This document shows positions 62,589 through 64,000 of a stretch of 64,000 nt of DNA, piece by piece; the first letter of the stretch is position 1; the number at the start of each line of letters is the position of its first letter. The translations under genes were made by a program, and so were the position numbers. Under the pieces are notes generated by a model. It ran no database searches. It was not told the origin of the DNA and saw only the letters and a program-made list of their open reading frames with translations. Source of the DNA: Cirrosporium novae-zelandiae (Eukaryota); contig JAPETS010000024.1 in NCBI GenBank assembly GCA_026023565.1, positions 434,001 to 498,000 of the forward strand, given 5' to 3'.

Positions 62589-63579
62589 ACTGTATCATAC
62601 ACAATCGTACAATCAACACACCTTTCCAATGAATCTCATCATGGATGCCCACTTTTTCTTCTTCTTGTCACTTGACAGGCGTTTTCGGGAAACTAGTATA
62701 AGGGAATGCGTTAGGTGGTCATGGACGGAAAAGCTTTTACTTACAAGGATGGCGGATGGGCTCGGCGCTCTTTTCTGGCTGGGTTGACTAGCTATTAATG
62801 AAGCTATGTGACATTATTCAATTGGTGGATACAGGCGCAAAAAGTCGGGGCTTATCTGCTGTTATCATCAGCTGGTTTCTTAAATGGAAATGAAATGGAT
62901 GGATGAATGTGATGTATGGATGGGAAAATGGATTGCTGCTCTCTACGATAATGCGTACGGATTGTCAGTCAGCTAAAGCAAAACATGATGAATACCAAAA
63001 CTGGTATTTACTGATACGGAAGACAAACAAACGAAAATACGATATCTAGAGAACCCGAAGGGAAATGAGGTATGGGGAACCTCTTGGGGCTTCCTCCCCA
63101 ACCCTTTCGGGATCAGCAAACCTAGCCTACCAAACACTAGTCTAGGAAGTTTTAAGGAATTTTTTTTTTTCCTTTCCTTCTTCCTTTCTCGGATTTAAGC
63201 GGGCGTTCTTGCTCCACGACGGACGATATGCGGTGGCTATTCTCGAGCGTTCAACGTTTCATGAGCGTGTGTGCGTGTGTAGCCTTTCGTCTCTTCTTTT
63301 TTAGAGCTTCTTTTTTTTTCTCTGTGGATATTTTCTTTTTCATTGCCGTAATGAGATACCTACCCATGTGCCTGTGAGCATGTGGTTTCTCCCCCTCAGA
63401 GGAACTGCGGGGGGTGGGGAGGGGGGAGATTTTGAGCATGCGGTTATGCTTTTGTTCTCGATGTTGGTTAAGAGAGCATATACTTGGTACTCTTATCGAA
63501 ACCGAACTAAAATCGGATTGAACTAAGCTGAAAAAGTAGAATAGAATGGGGAAAATAGGATTGAATAGGTTTAGATAGC

Positions 63580-63609
63580 TAATCAATCAATCAATCAATC
63601 AATCAATCA
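63580..63609. repeat. (AATC)n tetranucleotide microsatellite, ~7 units
   Basis: aatc run read directly. Confidence 0.85.
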
Positions 63610-64000
63610 GTGAAATCGATGAATCGAAAAAAATGTAATTAGCTGATTCTTTTTTTGGGGGGGGCTGTATGAGGTGGGGATTTTGGTTAAAAGATGATTG
63701 TTGTTAGCTTTTTAGAGGGAAGAGGAAGGGGAATTTGTAGTGCTAGATAATGGATGATGACGAATGGTGATTTAAATCAGTAATGATGGGAAAGTAGGTA
63801 CATGTACCTAGGTACTTGGGTGTTATGTTAATAAAAACACAGCAGCCCAGGTTCAAAACTTTCAATTTAAAATCCTCCCCTTCTAAACGATATGAAGGCA
63901 AAACCAACCATACTAAATATCGCCTAGCGGTTAATTACTTGAAATGGTTTAAATTCTGTGTTGTGTGGGAGCCAGTTTAAGGTACTTAGGTACTTATGGA

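Overview
Gene-dense, intron-containing DNA from a filamentous ascomycete (Pezizomycotina, probably Eurotiomycetes; inferred from gene content and GT..CTRAC..YAG introns), with long low-complexity intergenic tracts. Fifteen protein-coding genes are supported: HRQ1 helicase (5'-truncated), a Zn2Cys6 transcription factor, phocein/Mob3, a RING-H2 protein, an Rrn11-like factor, Lap1 aminopeptidase, an Ecm13-like protein, an atypical protein kinase, head-to-head PIM1 (Lon) and MDJ1, BRO1, a Nur1/Mug154 protein, VMA7, NPC2 and a Set3-like PHD-SET protein. The main finding is an ORF-less ~2 kb region on the + strand (~8.7-10.8 kb) that has, in the expected order, the hallmarks of a telomerase RNA gene: a CCUAACCCUAAC template, a U-rich pseudoknot candidate, a CR4/5-like junction with a P6.1 hairpin (GGGC-UUGGA-GUCC), and a non-canonical AUAAGU 5' splice site followed by branch points. 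An isolated exon-like fragment resembling a conserved fungal C2H2 protein lies at ~20.2 kb. Exon boundaries and RNA structures were read by eye, and no searches were run.
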